The notes: generated by a model from the letters alone, not told the origin. DNA of 64,000 bases from Bacillus sp. (in: firmicutes) (GCA_051873995.1 JBJEFL010000028.1:73183-137182); one strand, 5' to 3'. Positions 20,331 to 34,559 are shown, counted from the first letter of the stretch. Program-made: numbers and translations.

Positions 20331-21188
20331 TTAAGCTTTGTTGTTTGAACCGAATTCACGGATTTTACCGATAACAGTCGCTTTAATTGCGTCACGTCCT
20401 GGTCCGATGAATTTACGTGGATCATATACTTCTGCATCTGCAGCTAACACTTCACGTACCTTTAATGCGAATGCAATTTGGTTTTCAGTGTTAACGTTGA
20501 TTTTTGAAGTACCTAAAGAGATAGATTTTTTGATATCAGCTTCAGGAATACCTGTTCCACCGTGTAATACTAGTGGCATGTTTGTTAAGTTTTTGATTTC
20601 TTCCATTTCTGTGAAACCAAGGTTTGGTTCACCTTTGTAAGGACCGTGTACAGAACCAAGAGCTGGAGCAAGGCAATCGATACCAGTTTTTTCAACTAGT
20701 TCTTTACATTCTTGAGCATCAGCATAGATTACGCCGTCAGCGATAACATCGTCTTCTTGTCCGCCTACAGTTCCTAATTCAGCTTCTACAGAAACACCTT
20801 TAGAATGAGCGTATTCTACAACAGCTTTAGTTGTTTCAACGTTCTCTTCAAATGGATGGTGAGAAGCATCAATCATTACTGATGTGAAACCTGCATCAAT
20901 TGCTTCTTTACATTTATCAAAAGAAGAACCATGGTCTAAGTGGATCGCTACAGGAACCGTGATTTTCATGTCTTCTAATAAACCTTTAACCATCATCACT
21001 ACAGTTTTGAAACCGCCCATGTGACGAGCAGCACCTTCAGAAACTCCTAAGATAACAGGTGATTTTTCTTCTTCAGCAGCAGCAAGAATTGCTTGAGTCC
21101 ACTCAAGATTGTTAATGTTGAATTGACCTACTGCATATTTACCTTCTAATGCTTTGTTTAGCATTTCTGTCATTGAAACTAAAGGCAT
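20331..21188 (-). CDS. fbaA: Fructose-bisphosphate aldolase class II
   Basis: IHLDHG, VMIDAS, EAELG, GSVHG, LHGGTG, INVNTE motifs. Confidence 0.98.
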   Translation of the reverse strand: MPLVSMTEMLNKALEGKYAVGQFNINNLEWTQAILAAAEEEKSPVILGVSEGAARHMGGFKTVVMMVKGLLEDMKITVPVAIHLDHGSSFDKCKEAIDAGFTSVMIDASHHPFEENVETTKAVVEYAHSKGVSVEAELGTVGGQEDDVIADGVIYADAQECKELVEKTGIDCLAPALGSVHGPYKGEPNLGFTEMEEIKNLTNMPLVLHGGTGIPEADIKKSISLGTSKINVNTENQIAFALKVREVLAADAEVYDPRKFIGPGRDAIKATVIGKIREFGSNNKA

Positions 21189-21424
21189 TTTATTTCCTCC
21201 TTAAGCTGTATCTGTGTACTTTGTTTTCACCAAAGCCACTCTTAATTAAATCTTCCCTAAAACATATGTAAACTATACAGAAAAAGAATCAATAGGGAAT
21301 AAGTTTGATTCCATTACTAAGAATACCAATACTTATGTGAATTCTCAAGCTGTTCCGGACCATGTACAAAAATTGTTAATAGAATATTAACAACCTATGT
21401 CTAACGCATTAATATTCCGAATAC

Positions 21425-21438
21425 TGAAAGCGGTAACA
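21425..21438. promoter_or_regulatory. cre (CcpA) site upstream of fbaA
   Basis: TGAAAGCGGTAACA, near-consensus cre. Confidence 0.55.
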
Positions 21439-21548
21439 CCAGAATTCCCTGTCGTCGAATGAAGTATTAGGGGAGTCCACCCATGCTGATAACCGGCATT
21501 TGACCGTGGAAGCTCACTCTCCCCTGACACATACACTTAGGCTGGATA

Positions 21549-21917
21549 CTATTTCAATATAGGTAAATGATCTTTCACAATCGTGCGGATATCATCAATG
21601 TCAAATGGCTTTGCAAAATGCGCTAAGGCCCCTAAATTCTTCGCCTGTTGAATCATATCCAATTCACCATAAGCCGTCATAATGATAACGGCTATGTCCT
21701 GATCATACTCTTTTAACCGCTTTAAGATTTCAATTCCGTCCATTCCAGGAATCTTCATATCTAAAAGCACTAAATCAGGCGCGTGGTTTTTGGTTATTTC
21801 AATGGCTTGCACCCCATTGGCTGCTTGAAATGTTTCATACCCTTCTTTCTTGAGCACTTCATCCAACAATAGCCGTATACCGAATTGATCATCCACAATT
21901 AACACCTTTGCATTCAC
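21549..21917 (-). CDS. spo0F: Sporulation initiation phosphotransferase F
   Basis: Single receiver domain [41 protein letters not shown]. Confidence 0.97.
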   Translation of the reverse strand: MNAKVLIVDDQFGIRLLLDEVLKKEGYETFQAANGVQAIEITKNHAPDLVLLDMKIPGMDGIEILKRLKEYDQDIAVIIMTAYGELDMIQQAKNLGALAHFAKPFDIDDIRTIVKDHLPILK

Positions 21918-22063
21918 GTCTCTTCACCCCTTTTTTCCAAACAGTCACACAACTAGATATTAGTTATTATACATACAAATCCCTTTTTTTTACATAATTA
22001 AAGTTCGCTTCTTTTAATTGTATCCATTATAATGCACTTAGTACTAATCAAAGGAGTATACAT

Positions 22064-22597
22064 ATGCTTAAAATTTTTTCCACACAATTAAGTGGCATTT
22101 TTAAAAAAATTGCCGATCAAGAATACACAATAGAAGATGCAGCTAGATTACTTGCCCAAGCAACCGTAGGAGATGGACATATCTATATTTGTGGCATGAA
22201 TGAAATGCAAGGGGTTCTGTATGAGGCGATAGAAGGCATCGAGGCTCTTCCCTATTTTCAACAGTTGCCCCCAACTGCTGAGGCTTTCAGTCAGCTCTCA
22301 ACCGCTGATCGTGTCATCATCATCACCCGCTATCATAATGATCAAGAAGCTATAGACTTAGCGCAACGATTATACGATCAGCATATTCCATTTGTCGCTT
22401 TATCTACTATCCAAGATGAGGCACAGGACGGAATACAAGCACTAGCTGATGTTCATCTTGATTTGCATGTCAAAAGGGGACTTGTTCCGACTGAAACAGG
22501 CGAAAGAACCGGCTTTCCTTCTTTGCTTGTGGCACTTTATGCGTTCCACGGCATCTCATTAACATTAAAAGAGCTATTGGATGAATTAGAGGACTAA
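22064..22597 (+). CDS. ywjG: DUF2529 family protein (YwjG-like)
   Basis: MLKIFSTQLSG..IEDAARLLAQA; divergent from spo0F as in B. subtilis. Confidence 0.8.
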   Translation: MLKIFSTQLSGIFKKIADQEYTIEDAARLLAQATVGDGHIYICGMNEMQGVLYEAIEGIEALPYFQQLPPTAEAFSQLSTADRVIIITRYHNDQEAIDLAQRLYDQHIPFVALSTIQDEAQDGIQALADVHLDLHVKRGLVPTETGERTGFPSLLVALYAFHGISLTLKELLDELED

Positions 22598-22610
22598 TTT
22601 GCACTATATA

Positions 22611-22647
22611 AAAAACCGACTGAATCATATGTATTCAGTCGGTTTTT
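22611..22647. terminator. Bidirectional terminator
   Basis: AAAAACCGACTGAAT / ATTCAGTCGGTTTTT. Confidence 0.8.
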
Positions 22648-22757
22648 AGGTTGTCGAGAAAACCTCTTTTCAACACATCCCCTTCAGATTGACTTAAAAA
22701 CGTTTGTCAGTCGAGCCAGGCCAGCACCAAAGAATATGAGCGTTTTTCAACAGTCTG
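22648..22757 (+). mobile_element. MITE-like repeat family A, copy 2 (internally deleted, 110 bp)
   Basis: Same ends as copy 1 (AGGTTGTCGAG...CAACAGTCTG) and shared CAACACATCCCCTTCAGA...CGTTTGTCAGTCGAG core; abuts the terminator T-run. Confidence 0.75.
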
Positions 22758-22788
22758 AAAAAAAGAATTGATGTGTGTTGATTCTTCT

Positions 22789-24405
<1,617 letters not shown>

Positions 24406-24717
24406 TTAATGATTATAAGAAAACGGATAAACCTCTTCAGTCTGTTCAATATGCACTTCGCACACAGTCAAGCCGCACCTTGATTATTTCAAGGATAGAT
24501 GGAGGTTATGAGCTGGACATCTGTCTAACTTCATAATTCCCTACTTTCTTATTTTGTAAAAATATAAAACGTATATTCTTTGTCAGCTTTATTTACCAAC
24601 TACGTTAATACATAAGGGAAAAACCAAATTGAGCTGCCTTGTTATGCAGCCCAAAATTGATTTATTTGCTATATGGTTGTTTTCTCATGTTTGATTGTGT
24701 TTCCACTAATCACCGCA

Positions 24718-24833
24718 TAAAAACAAAAACGCTCCACTTACACCTAAATGTAAGGGGAGCGATATCATTTTATATAGTGTCCTTTTTTAAGGAGCCCAAA
24801 AATGATTCTACAAATTTCGAGTTGAAAAGTCAA
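24718..24833 (-). promoter_or_regulatory. pyrG sigma-A promoter and CTP-sensing attenuator
   Basis: TTGACT (24828-33)-17 nt-TG-TAGAAT (24805-10); transcript would start GGGCUC at about 24797; downstream terminator CGCTCCCC...GGAGCG plus U-run (24718-24761), matching the B. subtilis reiterative-transcription attenuator. Confidence 0.85.
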
Positions 24834-24838
24834 GTAGT

Positions 24839-25348
24839 TTACAACTGCTCGTCTTCATCCTCATCATCTTCATCTTCTAAATCGAAGTCATCCTCTAACA
24901 GATCATCGTCTTCTAAATCTTCATCATCTTCATCTAATAAGTCATCGTCTTCTAAATCTTCATCCAATAAATCTTCAAATTCAGCATCTTCATCATTTAA
25001 TAGATCGTCTTCCAAATCTTCTTCGAAATCATCCACCACTTTTTTCGCTTTTCTCTTCGGCTTCACAGGGTTAGACATTTCATCTTCAATTTGATCGATT
25101 GGATACCAAACCTTTAATCCCCAGCGATTGTCTCCTAAAGAATTAAAACGACCATCTACGTTCAAATCTGTATAAAACTGTGGAAGTTTGAATTGAATCT
25201 CTTCTACCGACACTTGCTGTAAATCAGCAATCTCTTGTACTAATTCCTGAAAACTCACAGCTTGTTTTTTATCAGTTAAAATGGCATGTGCGATTTCAAT
25301 TAAGGACATTTCCTTAAAATCTTCTAGTGAATATTGTTGTAAACTCAA
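24839..25348 (-). CDS. rpoE: RNA polymerase delta subunit
   Basis: SLIEIAH, QFYTDLNVDGRF, WGLKVWYP, Lys tract, long Asp/Glu tail; TTG start after RBS AGAAAGGAAG. Confidence 0.96.
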   Translation of the reverse strand: MSLQQYSLEDFKEMSLIEIAHAILTDKKQAVSFQELVQEIADLQQVSVEEIQFKLPQFYTDLNVDGRFNSLGDNRWGLKVWYPIDQIEDEMSNPVKPKRKAKKVVDDFEEDLEDDLLNDEDAEFEDLLDEDLEDDDLLDEDDEDLEDDDLLEDDFDLEDEDDEDEDEQL

Positions 25349-25820
25349 TATTGGCACTTCCTTTCTATAAAAAAGCACACTAACGTGCGCAGCGACTTCT
25401 ACTAACTTTTTCTATTCAGTATATAAAACATTATAAACAATCCATTTAGGTTTATGCTAGTTCTATGTTAATCTTTAGGGCGGTTTTTCTCAATTTGTTC
25501 CTGTTTCCACTCTCGATAGGCTAAATAGAAACATACAGCTGAGAGCAATAGGCAATTAACCGTTCCAAACTGTTTGCCATAAAAATAGGGGAAAGTAACA
25601 ATCACTATGACTAAAAATATAATAAACAGAATGAGCTTCCATCTCATAAATCCAACTCCAATAGGATTTTCATTTTTAGGGCATACTAAGAATACTATTC
25701 TACCCTTTTTACTTGTTTATTATAAAGTCTTTTTCGAAAAAAACAGCCGTTCCGGTAAATTTTTTTACTTATTTTTTACAAAAAAGAAGCTGAAACAGAA
25801 GATCTGCTTCAGCTTTACAC

Positions 25821-28800
25821 TTACATATTCCTTCTGTACTGGCCTCCCACTTCATACAAGGCACGTGTAATTTGTCCGAGGCTTGCCACCTGTACGGTTT
25901 CCATCAATGCTTCAAAAATATTTTCTCCATTCACAGCTACTTGCTTCAGTTTTTGAAGCGCAGCTTCCGTATATTCCTTGTTCTGCTCTTGGAAAGCTCG
26001 CAAATTAATGATTTGACCTTCTTTTTCTTCATAAGTCGACCGAGCTATTTCAATATTGTTTACATCCTCAGCACTTGGCGGATTCGGATTCAAATAGGTG
26101 TTTACGCCGATGATAGGTAATTCACCTGTATGCTTTTTCATTTCATAATACATGGATTCATCTTGAATTTTCCCACGTTGATATTGCGTCTCCATAGCAC
26201 CTAGTACACCACCGCGATCATCAATGCGATCGAACTCCCGCAACACGGCTTCTTCTACTAATTCTGTCAATTCATCCACAATAAACGCACCTTGTAACGG
26301 ATTTTCATTTTTCGTTAATCCATGTTCTTTCGTAATGATCATTTGAATGGCCATTGCCCTTCTCACTGATTCTTCAGTTGGCGTTGTGATGGCTTCATCA
26401 TACGCATTCGTGTGCAACGAATTACAATTGTCATGAAGGGCCATTAACGCTTGAAGGGTCGTGCGGATATCATTGAAATCAATTTCTTGGGCATGAAGGG
26501 AGCGTCCTGATGTTTGGACATGATACTTTAACTTTTGACTTCGATCATTGGCACCATAACGGTTTTTCATCACCGTAGACCAGATTCTTCTCGCTACCCT
26601 ACCAATTACCGTATATTCAGGGTCCAACCCGTTTGAGAAGAAGAAAGAAAGGTTTGGAGCAAAATCATCAATATTCATCCCTCTGCTTAAATAATACTCA
26701 ACAAACGTAAAGCCATTTGCTAATGTAAAGGCCAGCTGCGAAATCGGGTTCGCCCCTGCTTCAGCAATATGGTAACCAGAAATCGACACAGAATAATAGT
26801 TTCGAACCTTTTGTTCGATAAAGTATTCTTGTATATCCCCCATCATCCGCAGCGCAAATTCTGTTGAGAAAATACACGTATTTTGACCTTGATCTTCTTT
26901 TAATATATCGGCTTGAACCGTTCCGCGAACCGTTTGCAACGTAAATGCTTTTACTGCCTGCAATTCTTCAGGCGTTAAACTTCTGCCCAGCTCTTGCTCT
27001 TTCTTCTCGACTTGTTGGCTAAGCGCTGTATTTAAATACATAGCCAGGATAATCGGCGCCGGTCCATTAATCGTCATCGAAACAGACGTCGATGGATGAC
27101 ATAAGTCAAAGCCAGCATATAGTTTTTTCATATCATCTAATGAACAAACGTTTACACCGCTTTCCCCGATTTTCCCGAAGATATCAGGACGATAATCTGG
27201 ATCTTCACCATACAATGTCACAGAATCAAATGCTGTACTCAAACGTTTTGCATCATCATCTTTTGATAAGTAATGAAAGCGTTTGTTCGTTCGCACAGGT
27301 GGCCCTTCTCCGGCAAATTGACGCTTCGGATCTTCACCTTCTCGCTTAAACGGAAATACTCCCGCTGTATAAGGGAAATAACCAGGTACATTTTCCTTAT
27401 ACACCCACGACAAAATCTCACCATAATCTTTGAATTTCGGCAAAGAAACCTTCGGAATCAATAAACCCGATAGTGTTTTTGTCTTTAGTTCTGTGACAAT
27501 TTCTTTATCCCGAATCACGGTTACCAAGCGATCTTGATTGTATTTCTCTTTAAACCCTTCCCATTCTTGCAAAATACGTTTCGATTCGCTAGATAGTTGG
27601 TGATACACACTGTCACGTAATGCCTGTAACGATGTAACCACTTGTTCATTTACTTCATTCTTTTCTGCTACTTCAATCGCACCATCCAATTGGAATACCT
27701 TACGCGCCAAATCGGCTTGTTCTTCAGCCGTCGCTTTATACCTTCGAACTGTTTCGGAAATGTCACGTAAATAGTAGCGGCGATCATTCGGAATAATCAC
27801 ATTTTGCTTTTCAACCGCAGCCCCTTTTGTATAAGATGTCGTCCACGTTCCATCTGCTTTCTCATTAATCAACTCCACTAATGCGGCAAATAAATTGTTT
27901 GTTCCCGCATCATTAAACTGACTGGCGATCGTCCCATACACAGGCATTTCCGAAAAATCGCGATCAAATAAATTGCGACTGCGTTGATACTGCTTCTGTA
28001 CTTGTCGTAAAGCATCCTCTGATCCTTTACGCTCAAACTTATTAATCACAACGATATCCGCATAATCGATCATATCGATTTTCTCCAACTGAGAAGGCGC
28101 ACCGAACTCACTCGTCATTACATACATGGAAAGATCGCATACATCCGTAATCGCGGCATCTCCTTGACCAATCCCTGATGTTTCTACAATAATGGCATCA
28201 AAATCAGCTGCCTTGACAACAGAAATGGCATCCCGTAAAGCAAGGGAAATCTCACTATGCGAACTGCGGGTAGCCAAACTCCTCATAAAGATGCGATCAG
28301 AGAAAATAGCATTCATCCGAATACGGTCGCCCAATAAAGCACCGCCCGTTTTCTGTTTCGTTGGATCAATCGATAGAATAGCCATCTTCTTATCTGGAAT
28401 ATCGTTAAGGAAACGACGCACTAGCTCATCTGTTAATGAACTTTTACCAGCGCCACCTGTACCAGTAATCCCGATGACAGGTATTTTCTTTTCAAGATTT
28501 TTCACAGCTGTAATGGCCGCTTCGATGGAGGCCGTTTGAGTGGAAGGAATATCAATCTGATTTTCAACAGCTGTAATCATCTTGGCAATCGCTTTCACAT
28601 CGCCACTTGCAACTTTTGGAATCAGCTGTTCCATTTGCTCTTGTTGGACAGCTTCGTCACATCGTTTCAACATTTCGTTGATCATGCCTTGCAGACCGAG
28701 ATCACGACCATCATCTGGTGAGAAAACTTGAGCAATTCCATAATCATGAAGCTCCTGAATTTCACGTGGGATGATGACGCCTCCGCCCCCGCCAAAAATC

Positions 28801-29087
28801 AGGATATTTTCTGCTCCTCTTTCTTTCAATAAATCATACATATACTTAAAGTACTCCACATGCCCACCTTGGTAAGAAGAAATCGCAATCCCCTGCGCAT
28901 CCTCTTGAATAGCGGCATTCACCACTTCTTCCACTGAGCGATTATGGCCTAAATGAATCACCTCAGCCCCACTACTCTGCAGAATTCTTCTCATAATATT
29001 AATCGATGCATCATGACCGTCAAACAAACTGGATGCCGTAACAAAACGTACGTGATTTTTTGGCTTATAAATCTCTACTTTGCTCAT
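25821..29087 (-). CDS. icmF: Fused isobutyryl-CoA mutase / MeaI GTPase
   Basis: B12-binding FDGHD domain, GTGGAGKSS GTPase, ETSGIGQ, split mutase barrel ([27 protein letters not shown]). Confidence 0.95.
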   Translation of the reverse strand: MSKVEIYKPKNHVRFVTASSLFDGHDASINIMRRILQSSGAEVIHLGHNRSVEEVVNAAIQEDAQGIAISSYQGGHVEYFKYMYDLLKERGAENILIFGGGGGVIIPREIQELHDYGIAQVFSPDDGRDLGLQGMINEMLKRCDEAVQQEQMEQLIPKVASGDVKAIAKMITAVENQIDIPSTQTASIEAAITAVKNLEKKIPVIGITGTGGAGKSSLTDELVRRFLNDIPDKKMAILSIDPTKQKTGGALLGDRIRMNAIFSDRIFMRSLATRSSHSEISLALRDAISVVKAADFDAIIVETSGIGQGDAAITDVCDLSMYVMTSEFGAPSQLEKIDMIDYADIVVINKFERKGSEDALRQVQKQYQRSRNLFDRDFSEMPVYGTIASQFNDAGTNNLFAALVELINEKADGTWTTSYTKGAAVEKQNVIIPNDRRYYLRDISETVRRYKATAEEQADLARKVFQLDGAIEVAEKNEVNEQVVTSLQALRDSVYHQLSSESKRILQEWEGFKEKYNQDRLVTVIRDKEIVTELKTKTLSGLLIPKVSLPKFKDYGEILSWVYKENVPGYFPYTAGVFPFKREGEDPKRQFAGEGPPVRTNKRFHYLSKDDDAKRLSTAFDSVTLYGEDPDYRPDIFGKIGESGVNVCSLDDMKKLYAGFDLCHPSTSVSMTINGPAPIILAMYLNTALSQQVEKKEQELGRSLTPEELQAVKAFTLQTVRGTVQADILKEDQGQNTCIFSTEFALRMMGDIQEYFIEQKVRNYYSVSISGYHIAEAGANPISQLAFTLANGFTFVEYYLSRGMNIDDFAPNLSFFFSNGLDPEYTVIGRVARRIWSTVMKNRYGANDRSQKLKYHVQTSGRSLHAQEIDFNDIRTTLQALMALHDNCNSLHTNAYDEAITTPTEESVRRAMAIQMIITKEHGLTKNENPLQGAFIVDELTELVEEAVLREFDRIDDRGGVLGAMETQYQRGKIQDESMYYEMKKHTGELPIIGVNTYLNPNPPSAEDVNNIEIARSTYEEKEGQIINLRAFQEQNKEYTEAALQKLKQVAVNGENIFEALMETVQVASLGQITRALYEVGGQYRRNM

Positions 29088-29195
29088 AAAAAGATCTCCC
29101 ATTCCTTTTATTTGGCCTTCTTTACGTCTTTTAGCATGCATTGAATCCCTGATGTCAATCGATAGTGAATATGGATAATTGAAATGTAGTTATTT

Positions 29196-29259
29196 AGGTT
29201 GTCGCATAAACGGACGAGCTGGTCCAGCAACGAAGATTACGAGCGCTTTCGACAGTCTG
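29196..29259 (+). mobile_element. MITE-like repeat family A, copy 3 (minimal, 64 bp)
   Basis: AGGTTGTCG...CGACAGTCTG, flanked by an 8-bp direct repeat AGTTATTT (29188-95, 29260-67); shares CAGCAACGAAGA..GAGCG with copy 1. Confidence 0.7.
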
Positions 29260-29261
29260 AG

Positions 29262-29894
29262 TTATTTTATTCCACTTAGTTCTATACCCTTCAACAGTAA
29301 GCTCGTTTGTACATCAATGTATTCCTCTAATGTATACATCTTTTGCAATGCCCACCTTCGGAACCCCCACATTTGTCCTTGAACAAAAATATTGTGAGCA
29401 AGCATTTTTATTCGTTCCTCGGACAAGTCAATTTCATTATTTTCCTTGCATTTCCTTAGTAAAACTTCAAACATCGCCACCATTTCTGTTTCTTTATTCA
29501 AAACATATGGCAATGCATCCTTTGACAAGGATTTCGTTTCTTGATACATGACCAGCACTTCATCCTGCAATTCATCTACAACTTTAAAATAGTTCGCAAT
29601 TCCTTGTTTCAGGCTGACAACGGTGCCCTCGGCCTTTCCAAGGTCTTTTTCGATACGATCTTTTACCTCATCATAAATACTGTCGCACACCAAATAGAGG
29701 ACATCCTCTTTTGTTCGGATATACTCATACAATGTGCCGATGCTAAATCCGGAGGCTTTCGCAATTTCTCGCGTCGTTGTACCATGATAGCCTTTTTCTT
29801 TAAAGAGTGTTACAGCCCCCTTAATCATTTGGTTGCGCCTTTTTTTGATCAATTGTTCATCTTTCACGGAAGCATGAATGGATTTCCTTTTCAC
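29262..29894 (-). CDS. TetR/AcrR family regulator of the acyl-CoA/icmF operon
   Basis: HTH KGYHGTTTREIAKASGFSIGTLYEY; start ambiguous (GTG 29894 or 29900). Confidence 0.9.
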   Translation of the reverse strand: MKRKSIHASVKDEQLIKKRRNQMIKGAVTLFKEKGYHGTTTREIAKASGFSIGTLYEYIRTKEDVLYLVCDSIYDEVKDRIEKDLGKAEGTVVSLKQGIANYFKVVDELQDEVLVMYQETKSLSKDALPYVLNKETEMVAMFEVLLRKCKENNEIDLSEERIKMLAHNIFVQGQMWGFRRWALQKMYTLEEYIDVQTSLLLKGIELSGIK

Positions 29895-30060
29895 TTTCAC
29901 ACCACCTTTATCTCCGATTCGTTCAACCGAGCATGAAGGGTGGCTGAAAACCAACCACCATCTTCTCTCGTTTCACTCCATCCGAAGAGCGTCTAGGTCT
30001 CGTTGCATACACATAAGTTGAATGACTCGTTTGCGTGAGCACATCAAAAGGTTGAAAATA

Positions 30061-31197
30061 TTATTTCGTAATCATTCTTGAAATAACCAGTTTTTGAATT
30101 TCTTGCGTTCCTTCATAAATTTGCGTAATTTTCGCGTCACGCATATAACGTTCTACCGGATAATCTTTCGTATAACCGTATCCGCCAAAAACTTGAACTG
30201 CCTCTGTTGTAACTTTCATTGCCGTGTCTCCTGCAAAAAGCTTAGACATAGCCGACTCTTTTCCATATGGCAGACCAACTGATTCTAACCAAGCTGCTTG
30301 ATACGTCAATAATCGTGCAGCCTCAATGTTTGTGGCCATTTCCGCAAGTTTAAAGCCGATGCCTTGTTGTAACGCGATTGGCTTCCCGAATTGAACGCGC
30401 TCCTTTGCATAATCAATAGCTGCATCCAATGCACCTTGTGCAATCCCAACCGCTTGTGCAGCAATACCATTTCGACCGCCATCCAACGTCATCATCGCCA
30501 CTTTGAAGCCTTCTCCTTCTGCTCCAAGCATATTCTCCTTCGGTACAATACAATCTTCAAAAATGATTTCTGTTGTCGGAGAAGAGCGAATACCCAGCTT
30601 CTGTTCTTTCTTTCCGACACTGAAACCAGGGAATGTACTTTCAACAATAAAAGCACTCGTTCCATTTTTCGATTCTGGATCCGTAACGGCAAACACAACA
30701 TAAATATCAGCAATGCCACCATTCGTAATAAAAATTTTCGAACCGTTTAAAATATAGTTTTCTCCGTCAAATTTAGCCGTTGTGCGCATACCGCCAGCAT
30801 CAGAACCAGACCCCGGTTCCGTTAAACCATAAGCACCGATTTTTTCCCCTTGAGCCATTGGGCGTAAATATTTCTGTTTTTGCTCCTCTGTACCAAATCG
30901 GTAGATTGGCCAACCTGCCAATGATGTATGAGCAGAAAGTGTAACCCCCGTAGAAGCACATACACGCGATAACTCTTCAATAGCGATACAATACGCTAAA
31001 TAGTCACTGCCGATTCCGCCGTACTCTTCCGGCCAAGGAATACCCGTCAACCCAAGCTCAGCCATTTTACGAAAAATGTCCATATCGAAACGTTCTTCCT
31101 CATCTCGTTCTGCCGCTGTAGGCGCTACTTCATTCAAAGCAAAATCACGTACCATTTTTCTAATCATTTCATGTTCTTCTGTCAGTTTAAAATTCAT
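30061..31197 (-). CDS. acdA: Acyl-CoA dehydrogenase
   Basis: [42 protein letters not shown]. Confidence 0.93.
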   Translation of the reverse strand: MNFKLTEEHEMIRKMVRDFALNEVAPTAAERDEEERFDMDIFRKMAELGLTGIPWPEEYGGIGSDYLAYCIAIEELSRVCASTGVTLSAHTSLAGWPIYRFGTEEQKQKYLRPMAQGEKIGAYGLTEPGSGSDAGGMRTTAKFDGENYILNGSKIFITNGGIADIYVVFAVTDPESKNGTSAFIVESTFPGFSVGKKEQKLGIRSSPTTEIIFEDCIVPKENMLGAEGEGFKVAMMTLDGGRNGIAAQAVGIAQGALDAAIDYAKERVQFGKPIALQQGIGFKLAEMATNIEAARLLTYQAAWLESVGLPYGKESAMSKLFAGDTAMKVTTEAVQVFGGYGYTKDYPVERYMRDAKITQIYEGTQEIQKLVISRMITK

Positions 31198-31236
31198 CTT
31201 TTTCCCCATCCTATTCATTATTTTTTTATGTTCATT

Positions 31237-32367
31237 TTATAGATGCTTCTGAATGACCATTCGCTGTATTTCACTAGTACCCTCATAGATTTCCGTGACC
31301 TTTGCATCCCGGAAATACCTTTCAACCGGATACTCCTTCGTATATCCATACCCACCGAATACTTGCACCGCTTCAATGGATACGTCCACCGCCGTCTTAG
31401 AGGCAAATAATTTAGCCATTGATGCTTCTTTCCCACATGGACGGTTTGCTGCTCGTAAAGCTGCAGCCTGATAGACTAACAATTTGGAAGCTTCAATACT
31501 AGTCGCCATATCCGCTAATTTAAAGCCTATCCCTTGTTGTGCGGCAATCGGCTTTCCAAATTGCTTCCTTTCCTTGCTATAAGCAACGGCATGTTCAAAG
31601 GCACCTTCAGCAATGCCTAATGCCTGAGCTGCGATTCCAATTCTGCCTACGTCCAAGTTGGACATCGCAATCTTGAATCCTTCACCCTCTTCACCAAGCA
31701 AGTTTTCTTTAGGTATCTTCATATTTTCAAAAGTGATTGCAACCGTGCGTGATCCATGGAGTCCCATTTTGTGTTCATCTTTGCCAATGATTAAACCCGG
31801 TGTCCCTTTCTCGACGATAAAAGCCGAGATGCCCTTGCTTCCTTTTGCAAGATCCATCGAAGCAAAAACGATATACACATCGGCTTCTCCTCCATTTGTG
31901 ATGAACACTTTAGAGCCGTTGATGACATAATGATTGTCTACAAGTACAGCTTTTGATTTCAAGTTCCCGGCATCCGACCCGGCACTTGGCTCCGTTAAAC
32001 AGAACGCCCCCAAAAATTCACCGGCAGCTAGCTTTGGCACATACTTTTGCTTTTGCTCTTCCGTGCCGAAATAAACGATTGGATTGGTACCAACGGACGT
32101 ATGGACAGACAGAATCACACCAAGTGTCGGGCTCACTTTCGAGATTTCATGAATAGCAATGATATACGATTGAAAGTCCATTTCAGCTCCGCCGTATTGT
32201 TGAGGAATTGGAATTCCCATCAAACCCAAGCTTCCCATTTGATGGATTAGCTCTCTTGGAAATTCTCCTTTTTCCATGCGCTCTACATACTTCTGTACTT
32301 CATTTTGAGCAAAGTCTCTCACCATTTTTCTCATCATTACTTGTTCATCTGTAATGGTCAGTTGCAT
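31237..32367 (-). CDS. Acyl-CoA dehydrogenase (second paralogue)
   Basis: LTEPSAGSD, GSKVFITNG, RKQFGKP, EIYEGTSEIQ. Confidence 0.93.
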   Translation of the reverse strand: MQLTITDEQVMMRKMVRDFAQNEVQKYVERMEKGEFPRELIHQMGSLGLMGIPIPQQYGGAEMDFQSYIIAIHEISKVSPTLGVILSVHTSVGTNPIVYFGTEEQKQKYVPKLAAGEFLGAFCLTEPSAGSDAGNLKSKAVLVDNHYVINGSKVFITNGGEADVYIVFASMDLAKGSKGISAFIVEKGTPGLIIGKDEHKMGLHGSRTVAITFENMKIPKENLLGEEGEGFKIAMSNLDVGRIGIAAQALGIAEGAFEHAVAYSKERKQFGKPIAAQQGIGFKLADMATSIEASKLLVYQAAALRAANRPCGKEASMAKLFASKTAVDVSIEAVQVFGGYGYTKEYPVERYFRDAKVTEIYEGTSEIQRMVIQKHL

Positions 32368-32400
32368 TGGGTCACCCCCTTTATCATCTATGTAACCGGA

Positions 32401-33279
32401 TTAGCAGTTGTTCACCGGCGCAGTAGCCGGCTCATACGTGTAGAATCCTCTACCAGATTTTTTACCTAACCATCCTGCTTTTACATATTTACGTAATAAC
32501 GGACATGGACGATATTTGCTGTCCCCAAATCCTTCGTAAAGTGTTTCCATAATATACAAACATGTATCCAGTCCGATAAAATCAGCGAGCGTAAGTGGAC
32601 CCATTGGATGATTCATCCCTAATTTCATGACCTCATCGATGGCTTCTTTAGAAGCTACCCCTTCATATAACGTGTAAATGGCTTCATTAATCATTGGCAG
32701 AAGGATTCGATTTGATACAAAGCCCGGAAAATCATTGACTTCAACAGGAATTTTATTTAAAGATTTCGCCATTTCTTCAATGGTTTGGTACACTTCATCA
32801 CTTGTCGCAAGTCCGCGAATAATTTCCACTAGTTTCATGACTGGAACAGGATTCATGAAATGCATACCGATTACTTGCTTTGGTCTACTCGTCACTGCTG
32901 CAATTTCTGTAATCGGTAAAGCCGATGTGTTTGTGGCTAGAATAGTATGTGGTTGCGCGATGCGATCTAATTCCTGAAAAAGTTTTGTCTTGATTTCCAT
33001 ATTCTCTACAGCCGCTTCGATGACCAAGTCAACTTTCGCAGCATTTTGCAGGTCAGTGGAAGGGATAATACGATTCACAATTTGCTGCTGTTCCTCTTGT
33101 GTCAGCCTCCCTTTTTCCACTTGACGAGAAAGGTTTTTTTGGATAACGCCAATTCCTTTGTTTACAAATTCAGCTTTCAAATCATGCAGATACACATCGT
33201 AGCCGGACATCGCAAAAACCTGTGCGATTCCTCCACCCATTTGTCCAGCACCAATAACAAGTACATTGTTAATTGTCAT
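32401..33279 (-). CDS. hbd: 3-hydroxybutyryl-CoA dehydrogenase
   Basis: [45 protein letters not shown]. Confidence 0.93.
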   Translation of the reverse strand: MTINNVLVIGAGQMGGGIAQVFAMSGYDVYLHDLKAEFVNKGIGVIQKNLSRQVEKGRLTQEEQQQIVNRIIPSTDLQNAAKVDLVIEAAVENMEIKTKLFQELDRIAQPHTILATNTSALPITEIAAVTSRPKQVIGMHFMNPVPVMKLVEIIRGLATSDEVYQTIEEMAKSLNKIPVEVNDFPGFVSNRILLPMINEAIYTLYEGVASKEAIDEVMKLGMNHPMGPLTLADFIGLDTCLYIMETLYEGFGDSKYRPCPLLRKYVKAGWLGKKSGRGFYTYEPATAPVNNC

Positions 33280-33374
33280 CTTTACATCCTCCTTTAATGA
33301 AACGATTATTTATATAGTGATTGAATCTGTCAAAATCAGCTTCAATTACTTTATTCATTCAGCAACTATACGTT

Positions 33375-34559
33375 CTAACACTTCGGAACTTGAATCATTA
33401 TGGCATCCCCTTGACCGCCTCCACTACAAATGGCAGCTACTCCGATTCCGCCTCCACGTCTTCTCAACTCATTCATGAGCGTCAAAATAATGCGTGTCCC
33501 ACTAGCCCCAATCGGATGTCCGATGGCAATCGCACCACCGTTCACATTTACTTTTTCCGGATTAATCCCCGCCAACTGATTACCGGCTAAAGCAACCGCG
33601 GCAAAAGCTTCATTTAACTCGAATAAATCGATATCGTCCAAAGAAACACCCGTTTTCTTGACCAAGTGTTGAATGACCAGACCTGGGGTTTTAGGAAAAT
33701 CCTTGGCCACTGTCGCCATTTCAGCATGACCTAAAATATAAGCAAGAGGCTCAATTCCTTCCTCTTGGGCACGTTCTTCGCTCATCAAGACTAATGCACC
33801 TGCCCCATCGCTGATACCCGGTGCATTGCCGGCCGTGATCGTTCCGTCCCTCCCAAAGGCAGGTTTTAATGTTGCCAGTTTTTCTATTGTTGTATCTGGC
33901 CGGAGCGCTTCATCACGTTCAAGCACAATCGGATTACCCTTTCGTTGCGGAACTTCAACAGCCACTATTTCAGAAAGCTTCCCCTCTGCAACCGCTTTAG
34001 CCGCAAGCTGATGGCTTCTGTAAGCCCATTCATCCTGTGCTTCTCTGCTAATCTCCAATTCTTCAGCAACGCCATTACCGTACGTGCCCATATGGACGCC
34101 GGTAAAGCTACACGTTAAGCCGTCAAGGAGCATACCATCCTGCATGACTGTTTCACCCATCCTAGCTCCCCATCTTGCTTTCGGTACGATGTATGGGGCA
34201 TTGCTCATTGATTCCATTCCACCTGCAACAACAACATCTTCTTCCCCTGCCCGGATAAATAAATCTGCCAGCACAACACTCCTCATGCCAGAAGCACATA
34301 CTTTATTGATCAATTCTGTTTTCACTTCCCATGGAAGACCTGCTTTTCGCGCAGCTTGCCGCGAAGGGATTTGACCTTGACCACCTTGCAGTACATTCCC
34401 CATGATGACTTCACCCACAAGTTCTGGAGATATGTTGGCACGCCGTAATGCTTCTTGAATCGCTATACCCCCTAAATCTGATGCTGAAAAACTGCTTAAT
34501 GCACCACCGAACTTACCAAATGGTGTTCTTGCTCCCCCCACAATGACCGTTTTTTTCAT
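33375..34559 (-). CDS. Acetyl-CoA acetyltransferase (thiolase II)
   Basis: RTPFGKF, NKVCASG, ELNEAFA, GHPIGASG, ICSGGG. Confidence 0.95.
   Translation of the reverse strand: MKKTVIVGGARTPFGKFGGALSSFSASDLGGIAIQEALRRANISPELVGEVIMGNVLQGGQGQIPSRQAARKAGLPWEVKTELINKVCASGMRSVVLADLFIRAGEEDVVVAGGMESMSNAPYIVPKARWGARMGETVMQDGMLLDGLTCSFTGVHMGTYGNGVAEELEISREAQDEWAYRSHQLAAKAVAEGKLSEIVAVEVPQRKGNPIVLERDEALRPDTTIEKLATLKPAFGRDGTITAGNAPGISDGAGALVLMSEERAQEEGIEPLAYILGHAEMATVAKDFPKTPGLVIQHLVKKTGVSLDDIDLFELNEAFAAVALAGNQLAGINPEKVNVNGGAIAIGHPIGASGTRIILTLMNELRRRGGGIGVAAICSGGGQGDAIMIQVPKC

Noticed and set aside
24639-25094. 151-aa poly-serine ORF on the plus strand
   Set aside because: Antisense shadow of the GAT/GAA/GAC-rich acidic tail of rpoE; no RBS or independent features.
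28755-28775. CACGTG-containing sequence inside icmF as a second parS
   Set aside because: Only the left half (TTTCACGTG) matches; the right arm GGATG breaks the palindrome.
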